The notes: a model not told the origin generated them from the letters alone. DNA of 32,000 nucleotides from Halomicronema hongdechloris C2206 (GCF_002075285.3 NZ_CP021983.2:2970001-3002000), one strand, 5' to 3'. Shown: positions 1 through 8,769, counted from the first letter of the stretch. Made by a program: numbers and translations.

Positions 1-993
1 ACCATCCTCTCGGCGACGAATCGTAAACGACTCAAAGGACGGAGGAGCCACCGGCAACCCAGGCCCCTGAGGTCGTAGGCCTCGGCGAACAGCACGCTGC
101 CGCAAATCATCGCCCACAGTTACATTCAACTGATCCCCCATGAGCATGCTCAGGGAGCCCAAATAGAGCCAAAGCAGCAACACAATCACTGCTCCCACCG
201 CTCCATAGACCCGATTGAAGTGACCGAAGTGGGCCCCATAGAGGCGAAAGCCCATGGACAGTCCAGCCCAGGCTAGAGCCGCCAATACTGCCCCTGGCAC
301 CAGCGGCTTACCCGGTTGCCAACGACTGGGGCCGAAGCGATAGATCAGTACAAATGCTGCCGCCACAATGGCCAGGGCCAAGGGCCAGCTTAACCACCGC
401 CACAGGTGCAGCAATCCCAGACTAATCATCGGGCCTCCCTGGGCAGCCACCCGATGCACCAACCAGTTACTAACGAATACCAAGGCACAGGCCACCAGTA
501 GCAAGAGCAGCGTTCCTAGGGTTAATCCCAGGGACACTAACTTGGCTTTCCAGAAGGGTCGAGATTGCCCTCGAGGCACTTCATGAATTTCATCCAGGGC
601 TCGCATGGCAGCACTAACGGCTCCTGAGGCAGCCCACAGCGAGAAGCCAAAGCTCAGAGAAAACAGTCGGCTGCTATTGCCCTGGTTCACCTCCTGGGTG
701 AAGTTGCGAATTACCGTCAGGGCCTCTACTGGAGTCACATCACTGAGGCGACTCGCCAGTTGCATCAGAGTCGCCTCCAAGGAGGCCACCAGGCCGATGG
801 CCGTCAGCAGGGCCAAAATCCCCGGAAACAGGCCCAGAATGGCGTTGTAGGCCATCTCCGAGGCCAAACTAGGCAACCGCTGCTCCCCCGTACGCCGGAC
901 TACCTCCCGGAGGGTCTTCGGGGTTAAGAGACAGCGCAAGAATCGAATAAATGCACGAACCGATAAGGCTCGTCTAATGCGACGCATGGGCAT
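1..993 (-). CDS. YihY/BrkB-family (ribonuclease BN-like) integral membrane protein, 3' end outside window
   Basis: The reverse frame is open from ATG at 993 (GGAG about 10 nt upstream) to the window edge, 331 codons. It is absent from the ORF track because no stop lies in the window. My own translation reads MPMRRIRRALSVRAFIRFL...LPSLASEMAYNAILGLFPGILALLTAIG...SFGFSLWAASGAVSAAMRALDEIH...FVLIYRFGP...GAVGAVIVLLLWLYLGSLSMLMGDQLN. It has several hydrophobic helices and the EMAYxxxLxxFP-type N-terminal motif that I associate with YihY proteins. Confidence 0.75.
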   Translation of the reverse strand, partial: MPMRRIRRALSVRAFIRFLRCLLTPKTLREVVRRTGEQRLPSLASEMAYNAILGLFPGILALLTAIGLVASLEATLMQLASRLSDVTPVEALTVIRNFTQEVNQGNSSRLFSLSFGFSLWAASGAVSAAMRALDEIHEVPRGQSRPFWKAKLVSLGLTLGTLLLLLVACALVFVSNWLVHRVAAQGGPMISLGLLHLWRWLSWPLALAIVAAAFVLIYRFGPSRWQPGKPLVPGAVLAALAWAGLSMGFRLYGAHFGHFNRVYGAVGAVIVLLLWLYLGSLSMLMGDQLNVTVGDDLRQRAVRRGLRPQGPGLPVAPPSFESFTIRRREDG

Positions 994-1106
994 AGCACAC
1001 CGGCTCCATTACCCGTCACCTCACGAATCAACAGGCCATTGGCACCGGCAGCCAGTGCCATTTGCTCTGAGTGTAACCTTGTCCCAAACCACTGCCCTCA
1101 CCCCCC

Positions 1107-2309
1107 TCAGGCCCGATACACCGGTAAAGTGAAGTGGAAGTAACTACCTTCATTCACTACAGAGTCCACCCAAATTTGCCCGTAATGGGCCCGCAGGATG
1201 CGTTGGCAGAGAGCCAATCCCAAGCCATAGCCATCCTGACTCTCATCCCGCTGCAGTCGGAATCGTTCTTCGAATATGTTGTCTCGATTTTCCTCTGGAA
1301 TTCCAGGACCACTGTCATGAATGGTCACTTGCACTTTTTGGTTCGTTCGGTGCAGCGCCATAACTTCAACAGTGCCTTTCAAGGGCGTGTACTTGATGGC
1401 ATTATCCAGCAAGTTCAGGATCACCCGCCGGATTTGACTGCCATCGGCATAGACATGGGGTAAGTCTTGGGGAATGTCGATTTGCACCCGTTGTTGTTTT
1501 TCCCGGATGCGATTCTTCATGGCCCCCAACACGTCGAAACAGAGCGCTTTTAAATCCATATCCTGGGGTTGGATTTGCAGCTCTGCCGAGGCCCCCCTCG
1601 CAGTTTGCAGGATATCGGTAATCATGCGATCGATCGCCCGAATCTGGGTCTTAACATGTTTCAGCAACTGGTTAGTCAGTTCAGGAGAGAGCTTGGTTGT
1701 GCCTTCCTGCTGATGGCCATATCCCATTTCCAGGGTTTCGACGGCAATGGATGCTGCCGTTAGGGGGTTGCGTAGGTCGTGAGCCATCATGGCAATAATG
1801 CGATTTTTGAAGCGCAGTTGAGCTTCTAGCTCTTCTTTGACCTGATTCAGCCGAAAGATATCGTCGGAGAGTTTCATCAACTCGGCGGAGTGGGCAATGG
1901 AATCATTGGGATCATAGAAAACTAACTCATCCCCAGAGGCTCCATCAGCAGCCGGGGCCACCTGGGCCTGGGCGTTTTGATGCCAACGGGGCCACCAGTG
2001 TTGCAGTTGGGGCACAATATCACTCCCCGTTAGGGTGCGTTGGGGCAAGGGAGCAATTTTAATTAAGGCGGGGCTAGCAACGAGGCGATAATGTTCAGCC
2101 AGATAGGGATGTTCACCCACATCAACCACATCTAGGTTGATATGAAAATGCTCCTCTAGGCTTTTGAGATACTGTCGGATCTGCCGCACATGGTCGCTAG
2201 AGCTGGGACGTTTATCGATAAATAACAACAGCTTAAGGGGGACTTTTGATGCCTGGCTGGCTTGAGATGTAGCCTCCATGGAGTTTCCCTGGATGATGCG
2301 TGTGAACAA
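1107..2309 (-). CDS. sasA: Adaptive-response sensory histidine kinase SasA (KaiB-like N-terminal domain plus HisKA/HATPase)
   Basis: 400-aa ORF. The N-terminus PLKLLLFIDKRPSSSDHVRQIRQYLK...EHYRLVASPALIKI is the KaiB/thioredoxin-like SasA domain. The H-box is MMAHDLRNPLTAA. The C-terminal ATPase blocks are LLDNAIKYT, DSGPGIP and GYGLGLALC. An alternative ATG start lies at 2279 (MEATSQ...). Confidence 0.9.
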   Translation of the reverse strand: MFTRIIQGNSMEATSQASQASKVPLKLLLFIDKRPSSSDHVRQIRQYLKSLEEHFHINLDVVDVGEHPYLAEHYRLVASPALIKIAPLPQRTLTGSDIVPQLQHWWPRWHQNAQAQVAPAADGASGDELVFYDPNDSIAHSAELMKLSDDIFRLNQVKEELEAQLRFKNRIIAMMAHDLRNPLTAASIAVETLEMGYGHQQEGTTKLSPELTNQLLKHVKTQIRAIDRMITDILQTARGASAELQIQPQDMDLKALCFDVLGAMKNRIREKQQRVQIDIPQDLPHVYADGSQIRRVILNLLDNAIKYTPLKGTVEVMALHRTNQKVQVTIHDSGPGIPEENRDNIFEERFRLQRDESQDGYGLGLALCQRILRAHYGQIWVDSVVNEGSYFHFTLPVYRA

Positions 2310-2333
2310 TGGGGCGAGATTGATCTTCCTAAT

Positions 2334-2413
2334 AGCCTAGCCTGTTCTAGGTCGGGCGATCAGGTCTCAGGCGCCAGGTAACTCAACGCTATAGGTATCA
2401 GACAGGCTAGGCT
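2334..2413. repeat. 12-bp perfect inverted repeat (AGCCTAGCCTGT / ACAGGCTAGGCT) separated by 56 nt in the sasA / glycosyltransferase divergent intergenic region
   Basis: Read directly. Left arm 2334-2345, right arm 2402-2413. The arms lie about 24-25 nt upstream of the two divergent ORF starts (2309 minus, 2437 plus). Confidence 0.8.
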
Positions 2414-2436
2414 GGTGGGGGCCAAACTGGCAGGAG

Positions 2437-3621
2437 GTGGTGATGCAACCGGTATTGGTACTGTCTTGGGAATTTCCGCCCCGCATCATTGGGGGCATTG
2501 CTCGCCACGTTGCTGAACTCTATCCGGAGTTGGTTGCCCTGGGCCATGAGATTCACCTAATCACGGTGGAATTTGGTCAGGCTCCCCATTATGAGATAGT
2601 TGAGGGCATCCATATCCATCGGGTGGCCGTCCCCCCCGCCTCTGATTTCCTCGGCTGGATAGCTCACTTAAATGACAGTATGGGAGCCTATGGCGGCAAG
2701 TTGATGCGAGAGGTCGGTCCCTTTGCCCTCATCCATGCCCACGACTGGCTAGTGGGCGATGCCGCTATTGCCCTAAAGCATCATTTTCAGGTGCCGCTGT
2801 TGGCGACGTTCCATGCTACGGAATCTGGCCGTCACCACGGTTTACACCAGCCCATTCATCATTACATTCACCATAAGGAATGGGATTTGACTTACCATGC
2901 CTGGCGGATTATTGTCTGCAGTCATTACATGCGACACGAAGTCATCCAAGCCTTTGACTGTCCTGAGGATAAGTTGGATGTGATTTACAACGGTATTCGC
3001 CTGCCAGGGAGAGCCTCGGTATCAGACATTGACTTGGCAGCTTGGCGACGGCGGTTCGCCGCCGATGACGAGCAAATTGTCTACTATGTGGGTCGACTCA
3101 CGTTTGAGAAGGGAGTGGCAGTTCTCTTGAATGCGGCGCCGAAAGTCCTCTGGGAAATGGGCGGGGGGGTGAAATTTATCATCATCGGCAGCGGTAATGC
3201 CGATGATTTGAAGCGCCAGGCCTGGGATCTCGGCATTTGGCAGCAGTGTTATTTTACTGGATTTATGGCAGAGCAAGACCTAAAGCACTGCCAGGATCTG
3301 GCGGATTGTGCCGTTTTTCCCAGTCTCTATGAACCTTTTGGCATCGTGGCTCTAGAGAGCTTTGCCGCTCGGGTGCCGGTGGTGGTATCCGATGCTGGGG
3401 GCCTACCGGAGGTGGTTCGCCATGGCTATAGTGGCATCGTCACCTGGGCCAATAACGCCGATTCATTAGCTTGGGGGATTTTACAAGTGCTGCAGCACCC
3501 AGAGCTGGCCCGCCGCCTAGTCAATACTGCCTATGCAGAACTGCAGCAGCGCTTTGCTTGGCCTCGATTGGCTGGTCAGACGGATGCCGTCTATCGCCGG
3601 ATTCTCTCGGCGGTCGGCTAA
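2437..3621 (+). CDS. Glycosyltransferase family 4 (GT-B, group 1) protein
   Basis: 394-aa ORF. The N-terminus LVLSWEFPPRIIGGIARHV is the typical GT4 Gly-rich start. The C-terminal half has FPSLYEPFGIVALESFAARVPVVVSDAGGLPEVV, the E-x7-E type sugar-nucleotide binding motif. AGGAGG at 2432-2437 favours ATG at 2443 as the true start. Confidence 0.8.
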   Translation: MVMQPVLVLSWEFPPRIIGGIARHVAELYPELVALGHEIHLITVEFGQAPHYEIVEGIHIHRVAVPPASDFLGWIAHLNDSMGAYGGKLMREVGPFALIHAHDWLVGDAAIALKHHFQVPLLATFHATESGRHHGLHQPIHHYIHHKEWDLTYHAWRIIVCSHYMRHEVIQAFDCPEDKLDVIYNGIRLPGRASVSDIDLAAWRRRFAADDEQIVYYVGRLTFEKGVAVLLNAAPKVLWEMGGGVKFIIIGSGNADDLKRQAWDLGIWQQCYFTGFMAEQDLKHCQDLADCAVFPSLYEPFGIVALESFAARVPVVVSDAGGLPEVVRHGYSGIVTWANNADSLAWGILQVLQHPELARRLVNTAYAELQQRFAWPRLAGQTDAVYRRILSAVG

Positions 3622-3988
3622 TCGAATCCAGGTGCGGTCCCATACTCCCAATTGCCGATTCTAGCAAGTTGACTGGCTTGGCGATTGCTCTGGTTGGCTG
3701 CCGGTGTAGACAGTTGTCAGGCTGTCACGGATGGGGACCTACGGCTTAGCTGACTGCGATATATACATTACTAAGGGGATATGCAGGAAGGGGCTCTGCG
3801 AGAATCGTGACTATTCTCCCTTGATTCTCCCCTGATAAAAGGTTAAGTCAAGTTCAAAGAGATATTACACTCCCCTAACTGCTAAACCAGTTGTCCCGAG
3901 GAGTCCTCTACAGTGAAGTTAGAGGATCAGGGTTATTCATCATAGGCATAAAGATAGTCATACAGAAATTGATTATAGGGAGGAGCCA

Positions 3989-4582
3989 GTGTTGTCAGTC
4001 GCTGCCATTACGCATAATTCTCATTATCCCTGGACAAATTGGCTCAATCGCGGGTTGATCTATCGGGCTCTACGCTGGAACCGTCCTCTGGCTCGTCTGT
4101 TGCTTGTCTTGGCGTTGATGCTGAGTCTGTTGCCACTGTCTCGAGCCCAAGCGACCCCCCCTGCTGCTGATGTGGCTCAGCCCTCTGTAGCCTCTGTGCA
4201 TATGGCTAGCACTGAGACGACGACGCCTCAATTTCCAGCCGATGGGGTCTATCTCTATGGACAATCGCCAACCCCAGAAGAGTTGGGGGTGGGCTATATG
4301 GTTATGGAGGCCGTTGATCAGCAGGTGATCGGTGCCTTTTATATGCCCCATTCTTCCTTTGATTGTTTCCAGGGACGGGTCGACGGCAATGAATTGGCTC
4401 TAACCATCACCAATAGCTATACCCAGGAAACCTACCCGTATGCCATCTCTCTGGTCAGTAACGATGCGATCGCATCCACCGGCGAAGGACTAGAGCCCCT
4501 ATCCCTGGAAGGACTCTATCGTCTGGCTCAGCCCAGTGATAACGACATGCGCATCTTGGCAACCTGTAAAGCGGCCCTATAA
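3989..4582 (+). CDS. Hypothetical secreted or membrane-anchored protein
   Basis: 197-aa ORF with GGGAGGAG just upstream of GTG 3989 / TTG 3992. A signal-like segment LARLLLVLALMLSLLPLSRAQA is followed by TPP. I recognised no family. Confidence 0.5.
   Translation: MLSVAAITHNSHYPWTNWLNRGLIYRALRWNRPLARLLLVLALMLSLLPLSRAQATPPAADVAQPSVASVHMASTETTTPQFPADGVYLYGQSPTPEELGVGYMVMEAVDQQVIGAFYMPHSSFDCFQGRVDGNELALTITNSYTQETYPYAISLVSNDAIASTGEGLEPLSLEGLYRLAQPSDNDMRILATCKAAL
4466..4473. repeat. HIP1 octamer GCGATCGC
   Basis: Exact octamer read at these coordinates. Confidence 0.95.
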
Positions 4583-4866
4583 AGCTAGTGGGCACTGGTC
4601 TGGTAATGTAGGATGAACGCCGTTAAGCTTCATTGGGTAAGGGTTTTAGAAGTTTAGCAACCGATTGCCTCAGACCTTGGCTGGGCGAACGTTTGGGCAG
4701 GCCATCCCACTTTTAGAAACCAGTGCCAGCATCTCGCAGACGTGATTGAAGGAGTTCAATTCAAGGATGGCTTGTAAGGTTGTTCAACCACATGCTGCGA
4801 TCGTTCACCAGAAGGTTGCCTAATTCCCCCACATATACCACATTTGACAATATCTCTCGTATTGTT

Positions 4867-5481
4867 TCACCAACCCCAAACTGAGTAAGGTTGTTGTGCC
4901 TGCCAAGCTGCCTGCATATTCTCTGGCATTAGCTCAGTACGGGTGAGATTATCCTGATCAGAGCCAATGCGGGTCTCGGCGCAGAATGAGGCAGTGCTGA
5001 AACCACCAAAACTTTTGACGATGCCTGCCCGTAGCCGCAGGTTGGGACTGATAAACCACAAACGCTCAACAGAGCTCATCGTTTCATATTCTGTACTGAG
5101 CACTAACCCATCTTCATTATCCATGTGGTAGCGCCCAATGACAGGCACGATCTCAAGATAGCCACGGTCCCGCAACAGTCGACCTTGTCTGCGGTTGTCA
5201 ACATCAGGAACAAGGGCAAATAGGATTGTCCCTTCATGGTTTTCTCCTTCTCGGTCCCAGGCCATAGAGCCTTGCCAGCTCGCCAATGCTCCACCCACAG
5301 CCAAACTCGAATCCACTTGATGGAATTCACAAATCTCAATAATCTTGGGGTGCGTGGCTGCAAGTGCCTCAACTTCAATCTCGGAATCACCGGTTTCAGC
5401 TCGCTGAAAGGGAAGGTGATGCGTTGTGCGCTGCGATCGCCATTTACCAGTGCTGAGCTGAAAAAAATCCATCACATTCAT
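4867..5481 (-). CDS. cpcS: Phycobiliprotein chromophore lyase, CpcS/CpeS family
   Basis: 204-aa ORF. MDFFQLSTGKWRSQRTTHHLPFQRAETGDSEIEVEAL...GGALASWQGSMAWDREGENHEGTILFALVPD...GRLLRDRGYLEIVPVIGRY...TEYETMSSVERLWFISPNLRLR matches the S-type lyase family pattern as I remember it. The paralogue assignment (CpcS versus CpcU/CpeS) is uncertain. Confidence 0.75.
   Translation of the reverse strand: MNVMDFFQLSTGKWRSQRTTHHLPFQRAETGDSEIEVEALAATHPKIIEICEFHQVDSSLAVGGALASWQGSMAWDREGENHEGTILFALVPDVDNRRQGRLLRDRGYLEIVPVIGRYHMDNEDGLVLSTEYETMSSVERLWFISPNLRLRAGIVKSFGGFSTASFCAETRIGSDQDNLTRTELMPENMQAAWQAQQPYSVWGW
5433..5440. repeat. HIP1 octamer GCGATCGC
   Basis: Exact octamer read at these coordinates. Confidence 0.95.
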
Positions 5482-5727
5482 TGCCAGAACTCCAGTACAG
5501 CTGGATTTCGGTTTGATACATAATTTTGTGAATTAAATTAAATTATGATCCTTGCGATACAAGGATTCTAGGCGACTTCAGAAACAGGATGCCTAGGAAT
5601 TTCGACGTATTTTCGTCTTTACCAGTCTCTAATTCACACTGTGACTTTATCATTGAATTCCGGTATCCATTCAGGGGTTAATGAAAAATTAGGGATTCCA
5701 GCCGTTCGATTCCACTAAGTTGAGTCT

Positions 5728-5970
5728 ATGTCGGGCGAGATTGGCAGGTCAGGCGAAATCGAGATGGCCGGGATCCGAATCGCGCAGTCGGACTGGGAGA
5801 CAACCCCCAAAAGCGTCAAAGGGGGGGGGTATCATCTGGTATCGACGATAGGGAAGCTCAGCGAGCAGGAGGTAGCGCCTCTGGTAGAGCATATCGGCCA
5901 TTTCAATAAGCGCATAGCGCATTTAGAAGAGCAGCTATCGAAAGACTCGAAGAACTCATCAAAAATCTGA
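5728..5970 (+). pseudogene. IS66-family transposase N-terminal remnant (truncated)
   Basis: 80-aa ORF. SDWETTPKSVK...IAHLEEQLSKDSKNSSK resembles the N-terminal leader of IS66-type TnpC proteins (DWE..P.SV ... LEE.L..NS.NSSKPPSSD). It stops right where PPSSD would follow. The rest of the roughly 500-aa transposase is absent, and the ORF contains a G9 run. Confidence 0.55.
5821..5829. repeat. G9 homopolymer inside the IS66 remnant
   Basis: Nine consecutive G read directly. This is a slippage-prone tract. Confidence 0.9.
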
Positions 5971-6156
5971 ACGCTTCCTTTGGTAGGGTAGGGCTAATTC
6001 GTTCTCCAAAAAAGACTGGGAGCTTTATTCTATCGTCGAGCTATTTTCTGCGATCGATGAAGCAACTGGAGTTCTAAGTTTTCTCTCTCGAAAGTGAATT
6101 CTCTCCGCGATTTGCAGGGAAAACCCTGCTCTTGACAAACGACGAATCAGGATGTA

Positions 6157-7665
6157 TTGCTCGATAAGAATAGTATAAACTTTTCAAAAGGTTTTCCCAT
6201 GGTTACAAATTTTGTAAAACCCGATCAAAAAGCTACAGGTTCTAATGAAATCTTGAACAAACTCAGAGAAGGACATTACTTCGTCCTCGACAACTTTACT
6301 AATAAGAACATATTACATGAGGCTGTGAAAAAAGTAATCTTAGACGGAATAGAAAAATTTGAAGGGATTAAATGCCGTCGGCTAGTTGAGAAAAATGGTT
6401 TATGTAAGATGCATTATTACTTCCCAGCAGACAAACTGGCTGATTTAGATTTGCATGTTAAAGGAAGTAAGCGCATCAAAGAAATAATGCTGAAACTCGC
6501 CTTTTCCGTGGGCAAGGAAAATTTAAAAATCTCTGGAGAGTTTTTTATAGAAGAAAATCCATTTGCGTTCAAAATAAGCTATCCGCATAGAGTGGCTATA
6601 AATTCAACAGTAACGAATGAAGACTACCATGTAAAATATATGGAATTGAGAAATAAAATAGCCTTAGAGGAGAATCGTAAATGGGAATTGAGGCAAAAGG
6701 TAGAAAAGTTCCAAGGCATTGGCAGGTTGATAGAGAAAGTAAAAACAGAGGTAAAAACGGCATTTCTAAAATCAATTAGATTTAATCGAAAGCAGGCTTT
6801 CAAACAGACCTATAAAGGGTTTGCTAGAATCGCAAAACAGCCATATGCAGCAAAAATACACCAGCCACATATAGACAGTTGGTATGGAGCCCCGTTAGAT
6901 GGAATAAGTCTTTGGTGGGCTATTGAGGGAGCAAAAGAGAATAACGGTGTAGTCCTCTATCCTAATATGCTTGGTGAGGATATTGACTTTAGTGTAGAAA
7001 GTGAAACTAGTTACCTTCCGTTTGGAATTACAGTAACAAAACCTGAAAAAATAGAGGTTCCGGATGGTAGTGTTTTGCTCTTCACTTATGACATGTTACA
7101 TAGTAGTCACTTAAATATTTCTGACTTTACAAGAATTGCTGTTATAGCCCAGATATATCCTAAGCTTCAGTTCAACCCTGACTCACTCCACGAAAGGGGA
7201 ACTGGTTTTTATTCCTCCGAAGATATTTCTAAAGGTGACTGGGGAAATCTTATTAAAGTACCAATGAAGGATAATCTTGGAGTTCTGCATGAAGGTAGAC
7301 GAAATCCTCATGTAGAGAAACGGATATCGATTACAGTGAATTCTAACTTTTCCGAGGGAAAGCCAATAGCTCTGTGTGATTCTGATACCCTCGGTGTTGG
7401 CGAAAAGATGCTAGTTAGTTTAAGGCAAGAGAGGGTTGTTATTATTAGAAATTCTAAAGGGCTTTGGGCTGTGAATGCAATTTGTCCGCACATGGGGCTC
7501 AATCTGATCGATGGGTTTCATGATGAAAACCACATTTATTGTCCAGGGCATGCAGTGACTTATTGTTTAATGGATGGCTCCTCAGAGGGTGACTTATTGA
7601 AGCTAAAGGTTTACAAGACCTATGATGACAACGGTAAAATTTTCCTGCAGAAAGTCGTGAATTGA
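6157..7665 (+). CDS. Fusion protein: PhyH-like Fe(II)/2-oxoglutarate dioxygenase domain plus C-terminal Rieske [2Fe-2S] domain
   Basis: 502-aa ORF in AT-rich DNA. The likely ATG start is 6199 (MVTNF...).
- Dioxygenase facial triad: H238-I-D240 (6868-6876) in IHQPHIDSWYGAPLDGISLWWAIEGAKENNGVVLYP, and the distal His in GSVLLFTYDMLHSSHLNISDFTRIAV (H315, 7099-7101).
- Rieske motif: C443-P-H445 (7483-7491), then 16 residues, then C462-P-G-H465 (7540-7551). Confidence 0.8.
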   Translation: MLDKNSINFSKGFPMVTNFVKPDQKATGSNEILNKLREGHYFVLDNFTNKNILHEAVKKVILDGIEKFEGIKCRRLVEKNGLCKMHYYFPADKLADLDLHVKGSKRIKEIMLKLAFSVGKENLKISGEFFIEENPFAFKISYPHRVAINSTVTNEDYHVKYMELRNKIALEENRKWELRQKVEKFQGIGRLIEKVKTEVKTAFLKSIRFNRKQAFKQTYKGFARIAKQPYAAKIHQPHIDSWYGAPLDGISLWWAIEGAKENNGVVLYPNMLGEDIDFSVESETSYLPFGITVTKPEKIEVPDGSVLLFTYDMLHSSHLNISDFTRIAVIAQIYPKLQFNPDSLHERGTGFYSSEDISKGDWGNLIKVPMKDNLGVLHEGRRNPHVEKRISITVNSNFSEGKPIALCDSDTLGVGEKMLVSLRQERVVIIRNSKGLWAVNAICPHMGLNLIDGFHDENHIYCPGHAVTYCLMDGSSEGDLLKLKVYKTYDDNGKIFLQKVVN

Positions 7666-8066
7666 GTTTGCAAAAGTTCATTCAAAGTTGTTTGGCACAA
7701 TTGCCCTAATCGGAGCCAATGATGCAAATGTTGGCCCAGGTAAAAAGCACTGTGTCGACGTTGTCCATTGGTATTTGCCTCCGGCCTTGCGACATATTTC
7801 TGAATCCTCATAAGCTTAATTTGACGGCCTTGCAGTCAAGCACTCGTGTTGGCAATGGCAACCACAATCATCAACTTAGAAAGCTGTTCTGGTGCTAGTT
7901 TAGACCCTTCTAGAGGATAGCTACCAGCCTTAAAATCGCGAAACATTTCTTCAATCATTTTGAACCGCAGGCCATAGGCCGCTATCACCGCAGGGCCGGT
8001 TAAGGTCACATCACTGAAAAGCAAAATGATCTGCTGGCCTGAAGGCCATTGAGAGCTAATTGGCAA
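7620..8066 (-). pseudogene. IS4/IS701-like DDE transposase C-terminal remnant (interrupted)
   Basis: Two consecutive minus-strand ORF pieces.
- 8066-7836: WPSGQQIILLFSDV...AYGLRFKMIEEMFRDFKAGSYPLEGSKLAPEQLSKLMIVVAIA. This is a YREK-type block of IS4-like transposases.
- 7811-7620: IQKYVARPEANTNGQRRHSAFYLGQH, a typical C-terminal tail.
An in-frame stop separates the pieces, and no N-terminal DDE region is present. Degenerate sequence may extend to about 8290. Confidence 0.6.
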
Positions 8067-8304
8067 AGGAAATCTTAGAGAGCCGTCAAGGCCAGTGTTC
8101 TCAAGGCTTCTAGCACTAGTACTCTGCAGCAGAAATAACGCCTCTATGGACTAGAGCGGCAAGGCTGAATTTATCAGGATCTCCCTTTCTGCCTTGGCAT
8201 ACTAGGTCCCTGACTATCGCCATGGTCGGCAAAATTCTGCCACTGTCTACCAGTTGACGATTCCCATCAGGGCGATATCCTATGCTTGTAAGACGACGCT
8301 CGTC

Positions 8305-8769
8305 ATGAGAACCAGTGTGAATGCAGCAGAGCAGGCTACTAGCATCGAATTCGCCACGAAGATTGCTACGGTTGTTCGCATGGTTAAGACCGAGTTCCCC
8401 GATTTGCGGGTGGACTTGAAACCGTGGGCAAACGATGACGCCACTCGGGAGTTGACCGATCCCGATTCCATCGATCTTGGGTTTCACTTTCCTGGCGTCA
8501 GTCGGTTATTCAAGTGCCGCAGCCTGCTGATGCAGATTCGCTTTCACGCCGATCCCGACATCCCCCAGCCCCGCGTCATCGGCATAGAAATCGGTGGCTT
8601 TGACCACCGCGGCAAACAATGGAATCTCTCCACCATCGGGGCCTGGGGCTTTACTGGCAATGTGTCGCCCGAGCACACGGTAGCCGAGCAGCTAAAGTCC
8701 TGCTGCCGCCGGGTCTACGCGATCTTCAATGGCCCGCCTAGTGAGGGTGGTGTTGATGATGGCCCCTGA
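8305..8769 (+). CDS. Hypothetical protein (start uncertain, possibly 5'-truncated by the adjacent IS remnant)
   Basis: The plus-strand ORF 8254-8769 has a plausible globular composition from about MRTSVNAAEQ (8305) or MVKTEFPDL (8380) onward. It overlaps the start of the next gene. I recognised no family. A competing antisense ORF at 8116-8487 looks less protein-like. Confidence 0.4.
   Translation: MRTSVNAAEQATSIEFATKIATVVRMVKTEFPDLRVDLKPWANDDATRELTDPDSIDLGFHFPGVSRLFKCRSLLMQIRFHADPDIPQPRVIGIEIGGFDHRGKQWNLSTIGAWGFTGNVSPEHTVAEQLKSCCRRVYAIFNGPPSEGGVDDGP

Noticed and set aside
368-850. Plus-strand ORFs 368-586 and 605-850
   Set aside because: They lie antisense to the much longer open YihY-family frame. 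Their composition is Arg/Pro/Ser-rich and not protein-like.
1134-1763. Plus-strand ORFs inside sasA (1134-1463, 1474-1713, 1569-1763)
   Set aside because: They are antisense shadows of a well-supported 400-aa histidine kinase gene. They contain no motifs.
4620-4800. Possible decayed transposase fragment between the secreted hypothetical and cpcS
   Set aside because: Short pieces in three frames (LAGRTFGQAIPLLETSA; ADVIEGVQFKDGL-stop) vaguely recall IS5-like C-termini. The matches are too short and too gapped to support a call without a database search.
5704-5713. tRNA T-arm-like GTTCGATTCC near the islet boundary
   Set aside because: The flanking bases do not form a T-stem, and I could not build an acceptor or anticodon arm. 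At best it is a tiny tRNA-derived att remnant, and that is unsupported.
6114-6159. Hairpin GCAGGG-AAAA-CCCTGC followed by TTGACA (6131-6136) as terminator/promoter for the dioxygenase-Rieske gene
   Set aside because: TTGACA is a perfect -35 hexamer. However, the sequence at the 17-nt spacing (TATTGC) is a poor -10, and cyanobacterial promoters often lack -35 boxes. This is too speculative to list as a feature.
8116-8487. Minus-strand 123-aa ORF
   Set aside because: It overlaps the more plausible plus-strand ORF. Its C-terminal part is probably degenerate transposase sequence, and it is not a convincing independent gene.
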